A stretch of 64,000 nucleotides of DNA. Origin: an uncultured delta proteobacterium. GTDB taxonomy: Bacteria; Desulfobacterota; Syntrophia; Syntrophales; UBA2192. Below, one piece after another: positions 53,050 to 64,000 of this stretch (the first letter of the stretch is position 1; every line of letters starts with the position of its first letter). Under the pieces are notes generated by a model. That model ran no database searches and was not told where the DNA came from. It was given only the letters and a program-made list of their open reading frames with translations. The position numbers and the translations under genes are program-made. The stretch is from positions 43,577-107,576 of the forward strand of contig CAVPJD010000012.1 of NCBI GenBank assembly GCA_963705165.1. Direction: 5' to 3'.

Positions 53050-53088
53050 GAAGCGCCCGGCAGAATCCTGCCGGGCGCTTCTTCGTTT
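53050..53088. terminator. Probable bidirectional terminator between convergent genes
   Basis: 14-bp stem GAAGCGCCCGGCAG-AATC-CTGCCGGGCGCTTC. Confidence 0.7.
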
Positions 53089-53136
53089 CACTCATCCCTG
53101 TTCCCGATCACCGGGCCTTCCTGCCCGGCGGCAAGT

Positions 53137-56100
53137 CTAGGGGTTCGTGATCTGTTGCCAGCCCTGGGCCAGCATGGCCTGGTAGTTCGTGTTGCCCATA
53201 AAGTTCGTGTACTGCGCGCTTGTGGTCATCGAGTCGGAGATGTTGTAGGCCACCATGGCATTGACGATGTTGATGATGTCCGCCCGCGTAATGAAGTAGC
53301 CGTCAGAGGTCTCCACGCGCTCGATCCCGGGACTCGTGTCGGTGAATGTACCCGTCTGGCTCGAGCTGTACTGGTACGAAGCCAGAAGATTGTACTTGCA
53401 CAGGATCGAATCGTTTGCGCTCGTCAAAACCAGGAGGTCGTCTCCGTTGCGGCTGAAGACGATCTCGTTTCTCGTCAACCCGTCGAGCCTCACCGTGTCC
53501 GTCGAGCCGGGCGTCTCGTTGAGGTCCTGCAGGGTGTCCCTGCCGTGGCCCCTGCCGAAGAGGTACAGGTCGCTCCCCGACTCGCCGTAGAGCTTGTCGC
53601 TGCCTGTCCCGCCGATCAGCGTGTCGTTTCCGCGCCATCCCTTGATGGTGTCGTCCCCGGAGCCGCCGTCGATGAAGTCGTCCAGCTCCTTGCCGGTGAG
53701 GGTATCCATCATGCCCAGGCCGTACATGGTGTTCGCGCTGCCGGCAAAGCCCGTCAGCATGTCTTTGCCTTCCGTCCCCATGAGCGTGACGGGCCGATTC
53801 TTGATCTCGGCCAGCGACCACACCGTGCCGTCGGCAAACTTCATGGAGCCGATCTTGTAGGTGTCGCTCAAGAACCACGAGCTGAAGGTGAGCTGCTCGC
53901 TCGTTCCGGCGATCCGCAGGGTCATGGCCGTGGTGTATCCCTTGGTGAATTCCACATCGGCCGGCGTGATGCCCGCGCCGAACTCGAGAGTGTCCTCGTT
54001 TCTCGCGGCGATGGTGTCGGAGCCTTCGCCCCTGGCATAGCGGTAAATATCCGCCCCCGCCCCGCCGTCGAGGGTATCGTTGCCCAGCCCCCCGACGAGG
54101 ATGTCATTGCCGTCGCCGCCGTAGAGCTTGTCGATCCCGTCGCTGCCGGTCAGGGTGTCATTGCTGCCGAGGCCGTAGAGGCTGTCGTTGCCGGCGCCGC
54201 CGTCGAGGGCGTCGTCCAGTTCCTGGCCGTTCAGGGTGTCGTTGCCGCCCAGGCCGGTGATTGCATTGCGGCTTCCCGCAAGCCCTGTGAGCGTGTCGAT
54301 TGCCTCCGTGCCGTTGATGGTGATGAACCGGTTCTTGATGTCGGCAAGCGTCCACTCCGGAGCGCCGTCAAAGGTCATGCGGTTGACCTTGTACGAATCG
54401 CCCGTGGCCCACTGGCCGAAGGTGATCTGGTCTGTCGTGCCGCTGATCTTCAGGACCATGGCCGTGTCGCTGCCCTTGGTGAACACCAGGTCATCCGGAG
54501 CGATTCCCGGCCCGAATGCGAGGACGTCCTCGCCTGTCGTGCCGGCCGTGCTGATCGTGTCGGCGCCGTCGCCCCGGGCGAACCGGTACGTATCGGCCCC
54601 CGCGCCGCCGTACAGGGTGTCGCTCCCGGCCCCGCCGACGAGGGTGTCGTTGCCGGCGCCGCCGTTGAGGGTGTCGTTGCCCGCCCCGCCGATCAGGGTA
54701 TCGTCCAACTCCTGGCCGTTCAGCGTGTCGTTGCCGCCGAGGCCGGAAATCACGTTCATGCTGGCCGCAAGACCCGCGAGCGTGTCCACCGCCTCCGTGC
54801 CGCTGACCGTGACGGGCTTGCTCTTGATATTGTCAAGCGTCCACACCGTGCCGTCGGCAAAGGTCACGCGCCCGATCTTGTAAGCATCACCCGAGGACCA
54901 CTGGTTGAAGGTGATCCGGTCGCTTGTGGTCCCGATCCGCAGGGTCATGGCCGTGTCGCTGCCCTTGGTGAACTCCACCGAGGCAGGCGTGATGCCCGCG
55001 CCGAACTCGAGGGTGTCCTCGCTCGCCGCGGTGATCGTATCGGCCCCGTCGCCCACGTGCGAACCGGTACGTGTCGGCCCCTGCCCCTCCGTCGAGGATG
55101 TCCGTCCCCACACCGCCGACGAGGATGTCACTGCCGTCGCCGCCGCTGAGGGTGTCGTCCCCCGCACCCCCGAAAAGGGTGTCGTTTCCGGCCACGCCGT
55201 AGAGGATGTCGTTCCCGGCGCCGCCGTCCAGGGTGTCTCCCAGTTCCTTGCCGTTCAGCGTGTCGTTGCCGCCCAGGCCGTAGATGGTATTGCTGCCGCC
55301 CGCCATGCCCGTGAGCGTGTCGATCCCCTCCGTGCCGTTGACCGTGATGGGCCTCGCCTTGATGTCGGCAAGCGTCCACACCGTGCCGTCGGCAAAGGTT
55401 ACGCGGTTCACCTTGTAGGTGTCGCTTGTCGCCCACTGGTTGAAGGTGATCTGGTCCGTCGTGCCGCTGATCTTCATGACCAGGTTCGATCCGCTGCCCT
55501 TGGCGAGTACCACATCTGCAGGCGCAATGTCCGACCCGAACTCGAGGATGTCCTCGCTTCTGGCGGAGATGGTGTCGGCCCCGTCGCCCCGGGCGAACCG
55601 GTACGTGTCGGCCCCCGTACCGCCGTCGAGGGTGTCCGTCCCGGCGCCGCCGGCGAGGATGTCGTTGCCGTCTCCGCCGTAGAGGATGTCGTTGCCCGCG
55701 CCGCCGATCAGGGTGTCGTTGCCGGCCAGGCCGCTGAGGGTGTCGTTGCCGACGCCGCCGTCCAAGGTGTCGCCCAGCGCCTGGCCGTTGAGCGTGTCGT
55801 TGCCGCCCAGGCCGCTGATCAGGTTCACGCTGCCCGCAAGCCCCGAGAGGGAATTGGCCGCCTCGGTGCCGGTGATCACCACGGGTTTCGCCTTGATGTC
55901 GGCAAGCGCCCATACCGTGCCATCGGCAAACCGGATGCTGCCCGGCTTGTACGTGTCGCCCGAAGACCACTGGTTGAAGGTGATCTGGTCGGCCGTGCCT
56001 GCAATCCGCAGGACCATGGTTGTGCTGCTGCCCTTGGTGAACTCGACCATTTCAGGCGTAATGCCTTCGCCGAACACGAGGGTGTCATCCCCGGCCGCTG

Positions 56101-59100
56101 TGATCGTGTCGGCCCCGTCGCCCAGGGAGAACTGAACCGTGTCGGCCCCGGCGCCTCCGTCGAGGATGTCCGTCCCCACACCGCCGACGAGAATGTCATT
56201 GCCGTCGCCGCCGCTGAGGGTGTCGTCTCCCGCCCCTCCGATCAGGGTGTCGTTGCCGGCCACTCCGTTGAGGATGTCGTTTCCGGCCCCGCCTTCGATC
56301 GCGTCGTCCAGTGCCTGGCCCGTGAGCGTGTCGTTGCCCCCCAGACCGGAGATCGTGTTGCGGCTGCCCGCAAGCCCCGTCAGCGTGTCGACTGCCTCCG
56401 TGCCGTTGACCACAACGGGTCTCGCCTTGATGTCGGCAAGCGACCATACCGTGCCGTCGGCAAAGCGCATGGTCCCGATCTTGGTTGTGTCGCTCGTGGC
56501 CCACTGGCCGAAGGTGATCTGATCGGTTGTGCCGCTGATCTTCAGGACCATGGCCGTGTCGCTGCCCTTGGTGAACAGCCACGTCGGCAGGCGTGATGGT
56601 TGCGCCGAACTCGAGGGTGTCCTCGTTCGTCGCGCTGGCCGTGCTGATCGTGTCTGCGCCGTCGCCCCTGGCGAACCGATAGGTGTCGGCCCCCGCGCCG
56701 CCGTCGAGGGTGTCCGTCCCGACCCCGCCGACGAGGATGTCACTCCCCGTGGACCCGTTGAGGACGTCGCTGCCGTCGCCCCCGTAGAGGGTGTCGTTGC
56801 CGGCCCCGCCGTTGAGGGTGTCGTTGCCGGCGCCTCCGTCGAGGGTGTCGTCCAGTTCCTGTCCGGTGAGCGTGTCGTTGCCGCCCAGGCCGTAAATCGT
56901 GTTGCGGTATCCCGCAGCCCCCGTGAGCGTGTCGACCGCCTCCGTGCCGTTGACGACGATGGGCCTCGCCTTGATGTCGGCAAGCGCCCACACCGTGCCG
57001 TCGGCAAAGCGCATGGTCCCGATCTTGTAGGTGTCGCTTGTGAACCACTGGCTGAAGATGATCTGGTCGGTCGTGCCGTTGATCTTCAGCACCATGGCCG
57101 ACCCGCTGCCCTTGGTGAACATCACGTCGGCCGGCGTGATGGTTGCGCCGAACTCGAGGGTGTCCTCGTTTGTTGCGCTGGTCGTGCTGACCGTGTCGGC
57201 CCCGTCGCCCCGGGCGAACCGGTACGTGTCGGCCCCCGTCCCGCCGTCGAGGGTGTCCGCCCCGGTCCCGCCGACGAGGATGTCATTGCCCGTGGACCCC
57301 GAGAGGGTGTCGCTGCCGTCGCCCCCGTAAAGTATGTCATTTCCGGCCATGCCGTAGAGCCTGTCGCTCCCGGCCCCGCCGTCGAGCATGTCGTCCAGTT
57401 CCTTGCCGTTCAGCGTGTCGTTGCCGCCGAGGCCGTAGATAAAGTTCCTGCGCCCTGCGGTCCCCGTTATCGTGTCTGCCCCCTCCGTTCCGTAGACGGC
57501 AAAGAGACGGCTGTTGATGTCCTCGGTCGTCCACACGGTGCCATCGGCAAATCGAACGGTGCCGACCGTGGTGGAGAGATAAACCTGGTCTCCTGTATCG
57601 ATGATCCGCGCGATGAAGCCCGAGCCGTTGGCGATAAATTCCAGATTGGCCGGCGTGATCCCGGCGCCGAACTCGAGGATGTCCTCGCTTGCCGACAAAA
57701 CGGAATCGATCCCGTCTCCCCTGGAGAACCGATAGGTGTCGACGCCCGACCAGCCTTCCAGGGTGTCGTTCCCCGGACCGCCGGAAAGGATGTCATCGCC
57801 TTCGGCCCCCATGAGGTTGTCATTGCCCTCGCCGCCATAGAGAGTGTCGTTGCCGGCGCCGCCCGCGACGTAGTCGTTACCTGCGCCGCCGTCGAGAATG
57901 TCGCTGAGGCCCTTGCCGTAGAGATAATCGTCGCCCCCCAGCGCGTACATTACGTTTTTCACATTGAAGAAACCGCTGATCATCTCCGAATCGTCCGACG
58001 ACGTTGTCGTTACCCATCGATTCGCAAAATCCGAGGCCGTCATCTCGGTCCCGTCGGCAAAGCGGATGTGCTGCATGTAGATCGTCTTGTCGTAATTGTT
58101 GCGGTCAAAGGGGTACACCAGGCTGATCGTCTCACCGGTATCCGTGAAACGGAAGACAAGGACCCTGGCCTCGTTTACCCCTCCGCCCAGCAGCTCGAAT
58201 GAATCGGCCGTGATGCCGGGGCCGAATTCCAGGATGTCGGCGTCCTCCCGCCAGATGACATCATTTCCGTCGCCGAGGGAATACCGGTAGATGTCGCTCC
58301 CCTCGTCCCCGTAGATTTCGTCGTTTCCCCGTCCGCCCGTGATGATGTCGTTGCCGGCGCCGCCGAGGATACGATCATCGCCCTCACCGCCGAACAGCTG
58401 GTCATTGCCTGTGCCTGCCCAGAGTTCATCATTCCCCGTGCCGCCGTCCAGGATATTGTCTCTGTTGGAGCCGCCCAGGCGATCGTCGCCGCCCAGGCCG
58501 TAGACGGTCACTTTCTGACCGGTCCAGGCTCCAAGATAATCGTTGCCTTCCGTGCCGGTCACTGTGATGGCCTTGTTGCTGATATCGGCAGACGTCAACA
58601 CCGCGCCGTCGGCAAACACGATACGGTCCACCTGGTCCCACCAGCCGTCTCCCCATTCCCGGATGCTGAGCGTCTCACCCGTATCCCTCATGCGCAGCAC
58701 GAGGTCCTGGTGGTACTCACCGCCGACGAGAAGATCGACGGCATCCTGCGTCAGCCCTTCCCCGAGGATAATCGCGTCGTCGCCGTTGGTGTAGTTCACG
58801 CCGTCGAAATAAATGTCGCTGTCGCCGCTGATGATGACATCGTGTCCCGACCCTCTCCCGAACAGGTAGGTGTCGTCGCCCTTGCCGCCCCGGAGCGAAT
58901 CTTCGCCCGCCCCGCCGGAAAGCGTGTCGTCGCCGTCCTCGCCGAATAGCGCGTCGTTGCCTTCGCCGCCTTCGAGCCGGTCATTGCCCGCGCTGCCGTA
59001 GATAGAATCGTTGCCGCTACCGCCGAAGAGCCGGTCGTTCATGTTCTCCCCGTGGAGGGTGTCGTCGCCCCCGAGGCCGTAAAGATTCATCGTCCGACCA

Positions 59101-62100
59101 TATTGGCTCCACAGGGTGTCGTTGCCCTCCGTTCCCCGTACCGTGAGCCCCTGCGCCTCGATATCTGCTGCCGTCAGCTCCGTGCCATCGGCAAAGAGAA
59201 ATCGATCTATCCGATCCGGCGACCAATTGTACCAATTCTGCAGCGTCAACGTTTCTCCCGTCTCCCTGATCCGGATGACCAAATCCCAGCTGTTGGCACT
59301 TCCTGTCGTAAACTCGAAGGATGCCACCGTGAGGCCTTCCCCAAAGACCAGCGTGTCTATCCCGTTCAGGTAGCCCAGGGTGGGGGAGTATTCCCCGTTG
59401 TTGTTGATCGTGTCGTTTCCGTATCCCCTGCCCCAGGCATAGGTGTCGCTCCCCATGCCTCCCTGGAGATAATCATTCCCGGCACCTCCGTCGAGGTAAT
59501 CATCACCGGCTTCGGCGTAGAGTTGGTCGTTGCCACCGCCGCCGAATAGGGTACCCGCCCCATAACCGCCATAGAGGGTGTCGTTGCCTTCTCCGCCGTC
59601 TACGATGTTATCTCTGCCCTCTCCCCATAGCAGGTCATCACCGTCCCCACCGTAGAGCTGGTTGTCGCCGTCGCCGCCATAAAGGGTATCGTTGCCCGCA
59701 CCCCCATCGAGGTAGTCGTTGCCCACAGCACCGGCAACGCCATCGCCCCAGAGCGTGTCGTTCCCGTCACCACCGTTGAGCTGATCGTTGCCAGCGCCGC
59801 CCGTGAGGGTGTCGTCCCCGGCACCCCCGTCGAGGTAGTCGTTGCCGGCAGCCCCGGTAACGCCGTCACCCCAGAGTATGTCGTTTCCGTCGCCGCCGTA
59901 CAGCTCGTCATTCCCGCCGTAGCCGACGAGGGTGTCGTTGCCCGTTCCGCCATCCAGGTAGTCATCACCCTGATCAGCCAATGCCGTATCGGCGGAATCA
60001 CCGTGCAGCGCGTCATTGCCGTCGTCTCCGAAAAGGACGTCGGCCCCGCCGACACCAGCCAGCGTATCGTCTCCAGCATCGCCGTCCAGGTAATCGTCGC
60101 CGGCGTCGCCCTGGAGCATATCCCTGTCGGCACCTCCTATCAGCGTGTCGTTTCCAGCCCCGCCGAGAAGCGTGCCCTCCCCCGCCTCTCCGTCGAGGTA
60201 ATCATCCCCCGCGCCGCCCTCGAGCCGGTCTACACCCTCACCGCCGAAGATCGTGTCGTTGCCTGCGTCGCCGTATAGTGTGTCATCACCGGCCTCGCCG
60301 TCGAGGTAGTCGTCGCCCTCGCCGCCCTGTATCGTGTCGATCCCGTCGCCGCCGAAAAGGTCATCCGAGCCGCCCTGCCCCCAGATCTGGTCGTTGCCGG
60401 CGCCGCCGTCGATGTAGTCGTTGCCCTGGTCGGCAACCGCCACCCACATGGCATCGCCTTCCAGGAAGTCGTCGCCCGCATCGCCGGAGATGAAGTCGTC
60501 GCCCGCCTCTCCGAGGATCGTGTCATTGCCTTCTCCACCGTACACCTCGTCTCCGCCGCCTCCCGCATAGACGAAGTCGTTCCCGGTGCCGGCATAGATC
60601 GCGTCGTCGCCCTGATAGACACCCGGATCCCATATCACGTTGATAAAGCTGACGCCTACACCCTGCGTGATGGTAAAGTCCCAGTCGCGCGTGGTAAGTC
60701 CATAATCTTCGTCGCCGAAGAGGGCGTCGTCTCCGCCCCCGCCGACGATCAGGTCGTTGCCGGCAAATCCCATGAGCGCATCGCCGCGGTTGGAACCGTA
60801 GATGTAGTCATCCCCGAAGCTACCCGATATAAGGTCGCCTTTCCCTGTCTCGTTCGGCGCAATTTCCCCGGCCGCAATCAGATCGGCCATCTCTCCATAG
60901 AATTCTCCGAAGAGCAAATCGTCTCCGGAACCTCCCGAAAGCAGGTCTGCACCCGCGCCTCCCTCCTGGACGTCGTTGGTGCCCACTGTCCGTTGAGTGT
61001 TCAGGATGTCGCTGCCATCGCCGCCCAGGAGCCAGTCATTTCCGCCCTCATGGGCGTAGATATTGTCGTCTCCGGCACCGCCGTCGATCAGGTCGTTTCC
61101 GGTACTGTCATGCAGGATGTCGTCATCGGGGCCGGGCGTTGTGTCTTCCCAGTTGAAGACAGTGACAACCGGAATTGTCGGAATATCCATCAATCGGATC
61201 CCTAAATCGCCGCTCTCAAAATCTGCGCCTAACTCGATGATGCCGCCATCGGACAGTACCGCTTCCCAAGGTGAGTTATGCGTAAACCGGATCGACCCCG
61301 TAGCATCTGTCCAGATGGTGTCGCCCGGCTTTTTGTACAAATTGCCAAGAACAATCGTCTCTTCTTTCCCGTTAATCGAATTTACAATAATAACTTTTCC
61401 TTGCTTATCTTCATCGTAAATCCAGTCATGTCCATCGCCGAAACGGTAGTAGTAGGTATCATCGCCAATGCCGCCAATGAGAATATCGTTACCTTTGCCA
61501 CCTTCTATGTCGTCATTTCCACCTTCTCCGAAAATGATATCATTACCGTCTCTCCCATTAAGCTGATAATCTCCGCCGTTTCTATTGTTGTTCTTGTCGT
61601 CGCCAAAGAGAATATCATCATAAAGCGATGGCACAGGGCCCCATTCCGGTTTCCATTGACTTAACATGAAGTCGTCTGCGGGCTTACAAATCAAGTTCCG
61701 AAAGTCATTCACCGCTTGAACTCGCCCGTTGCTTTCCAGCAGCGCGCTCTCGTTGCGAACATAATAGTAAGTGTATGCGCGCAGTACTTCTTTCGCTTCT
61801 TCGAGAGTTGCTGGACTATATCCGGTGACTTTTACAATATTTGCAAGGCGCCTGAACGGATCCTGCGGAGGCAGGCCTGATAACTGGCGCTGTCTAAAAT
61901 ACACCTGTAGTATATCGTCAAAGCTCAAATCACCTTGCTTGCTGTACCCCCTGTATTCCTGCCCCTGGAGAAATAACTCAAATTGTTTTGGATATTTAGT
62001 AAGAGGATTAAAGCCTTGATTCCTGCAATCGCATAACCATACTTTACCCAGATCACTACTTAAGAATGGTTTGTCCCCGACTGGTGCTTTGGCTATCCAT

Positions 62101-62492
62101 GTATCTGCAAATGCGATCAAATAATCAAGATGCTTGCTTGTAGCTTTATCGATTTCTTGGACGCCGTATTGACTGGACAATGCGTTGTTAATCACGGTTT
62201 TCTGATCTACCGTTAAGCTAACGTTGTCTGTCTTCCGCGCTGCAGCAAAAAGTGTCTCTTCTTGATCTGCCGGAATGATTTTATTCCCTTGTTCATCCTT
62301 CGCATTTCGTAAAATGTCAGAGAAAGTATTCCGCGCAATGGGGGGCCCTTTGGCCAAATCAAACTGCAGCCACCCGTAGCTCCAGCCGCTGTCACCATCG
62401 GCCTTAGATAATTGGTAGGCCTTGTCACTCTCATTCTGTTTGAGGACAGTGAAAAGGGTTTGCTTGAATCCAATGAAACTAAGTGGCATCAT
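53137..62492 (-). CDS. Giant RTX Ca-binding repeat protein (~3117 aa if repaired) with N-terminal lysozyme-like domain; frameshifts at ~56580 and ~55053
   Basis: Many GGxGxD nonapeptides; about 12 TY.F.RG.G.D...FADGT modules; C-terminus typical of type I secretion substrates; three ORFs join after removing one base at each site. Confidence 0.9.
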
Positions 62493-63409
62493 CGCCTCCT
62501 GATACTTTGCAGATAGCGATATAGGTCTTCCGTTTCTTTATCCCCATCTTCCTCTGTATAATCTTTCTGCAATAGATTCATTACACTCGGACCTGCGTTG
62601 TTCTCGATTAGAAAGTATCTGTCGCCGACCAATTTTGATTTACTTTTTAGCTCGGCATCAAAACGGATCACATCTCCCGCTTCATCCACACGAAACAGAA
62701 ATTCGCCGTTCGCCAGAAACAGAAAACTACCGGAAACACTCTTCACCATGTATCTTACAGTGCGTCGTCTTTCGTATTGACAAGTCGCATTAGGATATTC
62801 CTCATCCTCTTCATCAGTGCCTGCTTCCCCGTATACTCCGTTGACGAAGAATTTTTCCGGCTTTTCAAGAAGCTGAAAGATGGAGAATGTTTTCGTTTGA
62901 TTGGTAATTTTATTGGTCAAGCTGTATGGGTAACGATTAGGGCCGGCGTAGCAATGAAGATCATAAGAGAATTCAGATTTAATTATCATCGTACCCACTG
63001 TACTCATAGCTTCACGACTGAGATCTTTTCCGTATACTCTGTTGATTGCATTATATTGACTTCTGGAATTCTTGAGGGCCGCATCGATGATCTTCTTGGC
63101 ATCCGCGCCAACAAAGGTTTTCTTTCCAAAAAAAGTGGCCGCATGATCTACAGGCTTACCCTTTTTTGTGGTCTTCTTCTCGTATGGTATCAAGACATCT
63201 CCGTTCTGCATAAGGAGCAGGCTCTCGTATGTCGTATAATGGATTTCGGCATTAGGTTCCTGCCAGTCCCATACTTCAGGGTATGGCGGATACTTGTTCG
63301 TCTGCGTATCACTGCTTTGAAGGACTGTCCCTGATCCTGCAGCCTCTGCGAACGCAACGAAAAGTCCCAAGATCAGGAGAGCCGTTCCTAGAATGAGTTT
63401 ATGTCGCAT
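62489..63409 (-). CDS. Secreted/periplasmic hypothetical protein, candidate immunity protein
   Basis: GGGAGGAG RBS, signal peptide ending AEA; stop overlaps RTX start; AT-richer. Confidence 0.75.
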   Translation of the reverse strand: MRHKLILGTALLILGLFVAFAEAAGSGTVLQSSDTQTNKYPPYPEVWDWQEPNAEIHYTTYESLLLMQNGDVLIPYEKKTTKKGKPVDHAATFFGKKTFVGADAKKIIDAALKNSRSQYNAINRVYGKDLSREAMSTVGTMIIKSEFSYDLHCYAGPNRYPYSLTNKITNQTKTFSIFQLLEKPEKFFVNGVYGEAGTDEEDEEYPNATCQYERRRTVRYMVKSVSGSFLFLANGEFLFRVDEAGDVIRFDAELKSKSKLVGDRYFLIENNAGPSVMNLLQKDYTEEDGDKETEDLYRYLQSIRRR

Positions 63410-63500
63410 GTGCTCCTCCCAGAGCGTATTCGGTTCAGCTTAGAGAACTGGGAATGATTCAAACATGTGCCGAATCTTAACGAGCGGTCAACAGGCTCAT

Positions 63501-63593
63501 CTACTCAATCGGATTACGCATAATGTACGCAAGAAACCCGATCGTCAGTAGGATCAGCAAAGCCAGGCAGAACAGCAGGACCATCGTATCCAT
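63501..63593 (-). CDS. Possible 30-aa single-TM small protein MDTMVLLFCLALLILLTIGFLAYIMRNPIE
   Basis: Hand-translated ORF with uninterrupted hydrophobic core; weak GGGTG RBS. Confidence 0.4.
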   Translation of the reverse strand: MDTMVLLFCLALLILLTIGFLAYIMRNPIE

Positions 63594-63853
63594 AGCCGTA
63601 CACCCACGGACATGCAAAGCCCAAACGAGCGCAAGTTAATGTGGTCTGTCGTTGCCACGATGACGGGGTTCAAAAAAAATGGAACAACCTGACCGCCCCT
63701 CCTCAGTCAAGAAGTTCACGATGCAGGCGCTATCGCCTGTTAGATGGAAGGAGGTTAATACTGAAAGCGATTTAAGAGAAAACAACAGCAAATATCAAGT
63801 AAAAATCGGCCACTTATAAAAAATACGAACCGCGTATTAGGACTTCACGAAAA

Positions 63854-63876
63854 ATCTAATACCGCGAGTATTAGAT
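63854..63876. promoter_or_regulatory. Palindromic candidate regulator site
   Basis: ATCTAATAC-CGCGA-GTATTAGAT, plus extra half-site GTATTAG near 63834. Confidence 0.4.
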
Positions 63877-63930
63877 ACGGCAGCACTGGTTGCACGTAAA
63901 GGTTCTGCCTGTGGATAACTTCTCACCCCG

Positions 63931-63999
63931 CTACCGCACCTTCAGCCCCTCGTCGAGATACTTGATGATCGGGAAGAGGAAGAACTCGATCACCTTTCT
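63931..63999 (-). CDS. C-terminus of HlyD-family type I secretion membrane fusion protein (truncated by window end)
   Basis: RKVIEFFLFPIIKYLDEGLKVR* resembles the HlyD C-terminal pattern; lies upstream of the RTX gene. Confidence 0.7.
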   Translation of the reverse strand, partial: RKVIEFFLFPIIKYLDEGLKVR

Positions 64000-64000
64000 C

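Noticed and set aside
63513..63540. dif-like half site ATTACGCATAA-TGTACG
   Set aside because: Only the XerC-like arm matches; no XerD arm
63910..63918. DnaA box as sign of a replication origin
   Set aside because: Single box, no cluster and no origin-linked genes

Overview
GC-rich window from an anaerobic bacterium. Gene content suggests a Syntrophales-like deltaproteobacterium (inference). Left to right: the end of a KdsD-like CBS protein, a TRAP transporter, a multi-PAS hybrid kinase (two single-base frameshifts) with a response regulator, corA, an HDOD protein, a C-N hydrolase, a TMTC-like TPR membrane protein, GNAT, DUF169, and a TetR-led beta-oxidation operon. Divergent from that operon is a regulatory cassette (DRTGG/RsbT-like/PHP/HATPase) followed by a HydABC-like plus [NiFe] (HoxYH-type) hydrogenase whose NuoF-like subunit is fused to a GltD-like domain, then a lone [FeFe] maturase hydF. 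Next come yihY, an ABC/lipocalin cluster, a cell wall hydrolase, a radical SAM-methyltransferase fusion, and a Y1 HUH (RAYT-like) transposase with perfect 34-bp terminal inverted repeats, plus an 80-bp miniature derivative and a solo end nearby. Then DUF47, an NCS2 permease, hcpR-hcp and a ferredoxin-like gene. The window ends with a ~3100-aa RTX protein (two single-base frameshifts) carrying an AT-richer N-terminal lysozyme-like domain, an overlapping upstream signal-peptide gene and the 3' end of a HlyD-like gene. Intergenic DNA is dense in REP-like palindromes and 7-9-mer tandem arrays. Best candidates for undescribed systems: (1) a type I-secreted RTX polymorphic toxin with upstream immunity gene, (2) the inverted-repeat Y1 transposon/MITE family with a DnaA-like domain and DnaA-box-like ends, (3) the hybrid NAD/NADP-linked [NiFe] hydrogenase with hydF. 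All calls come from reading motifs by eye; no database searches were run.
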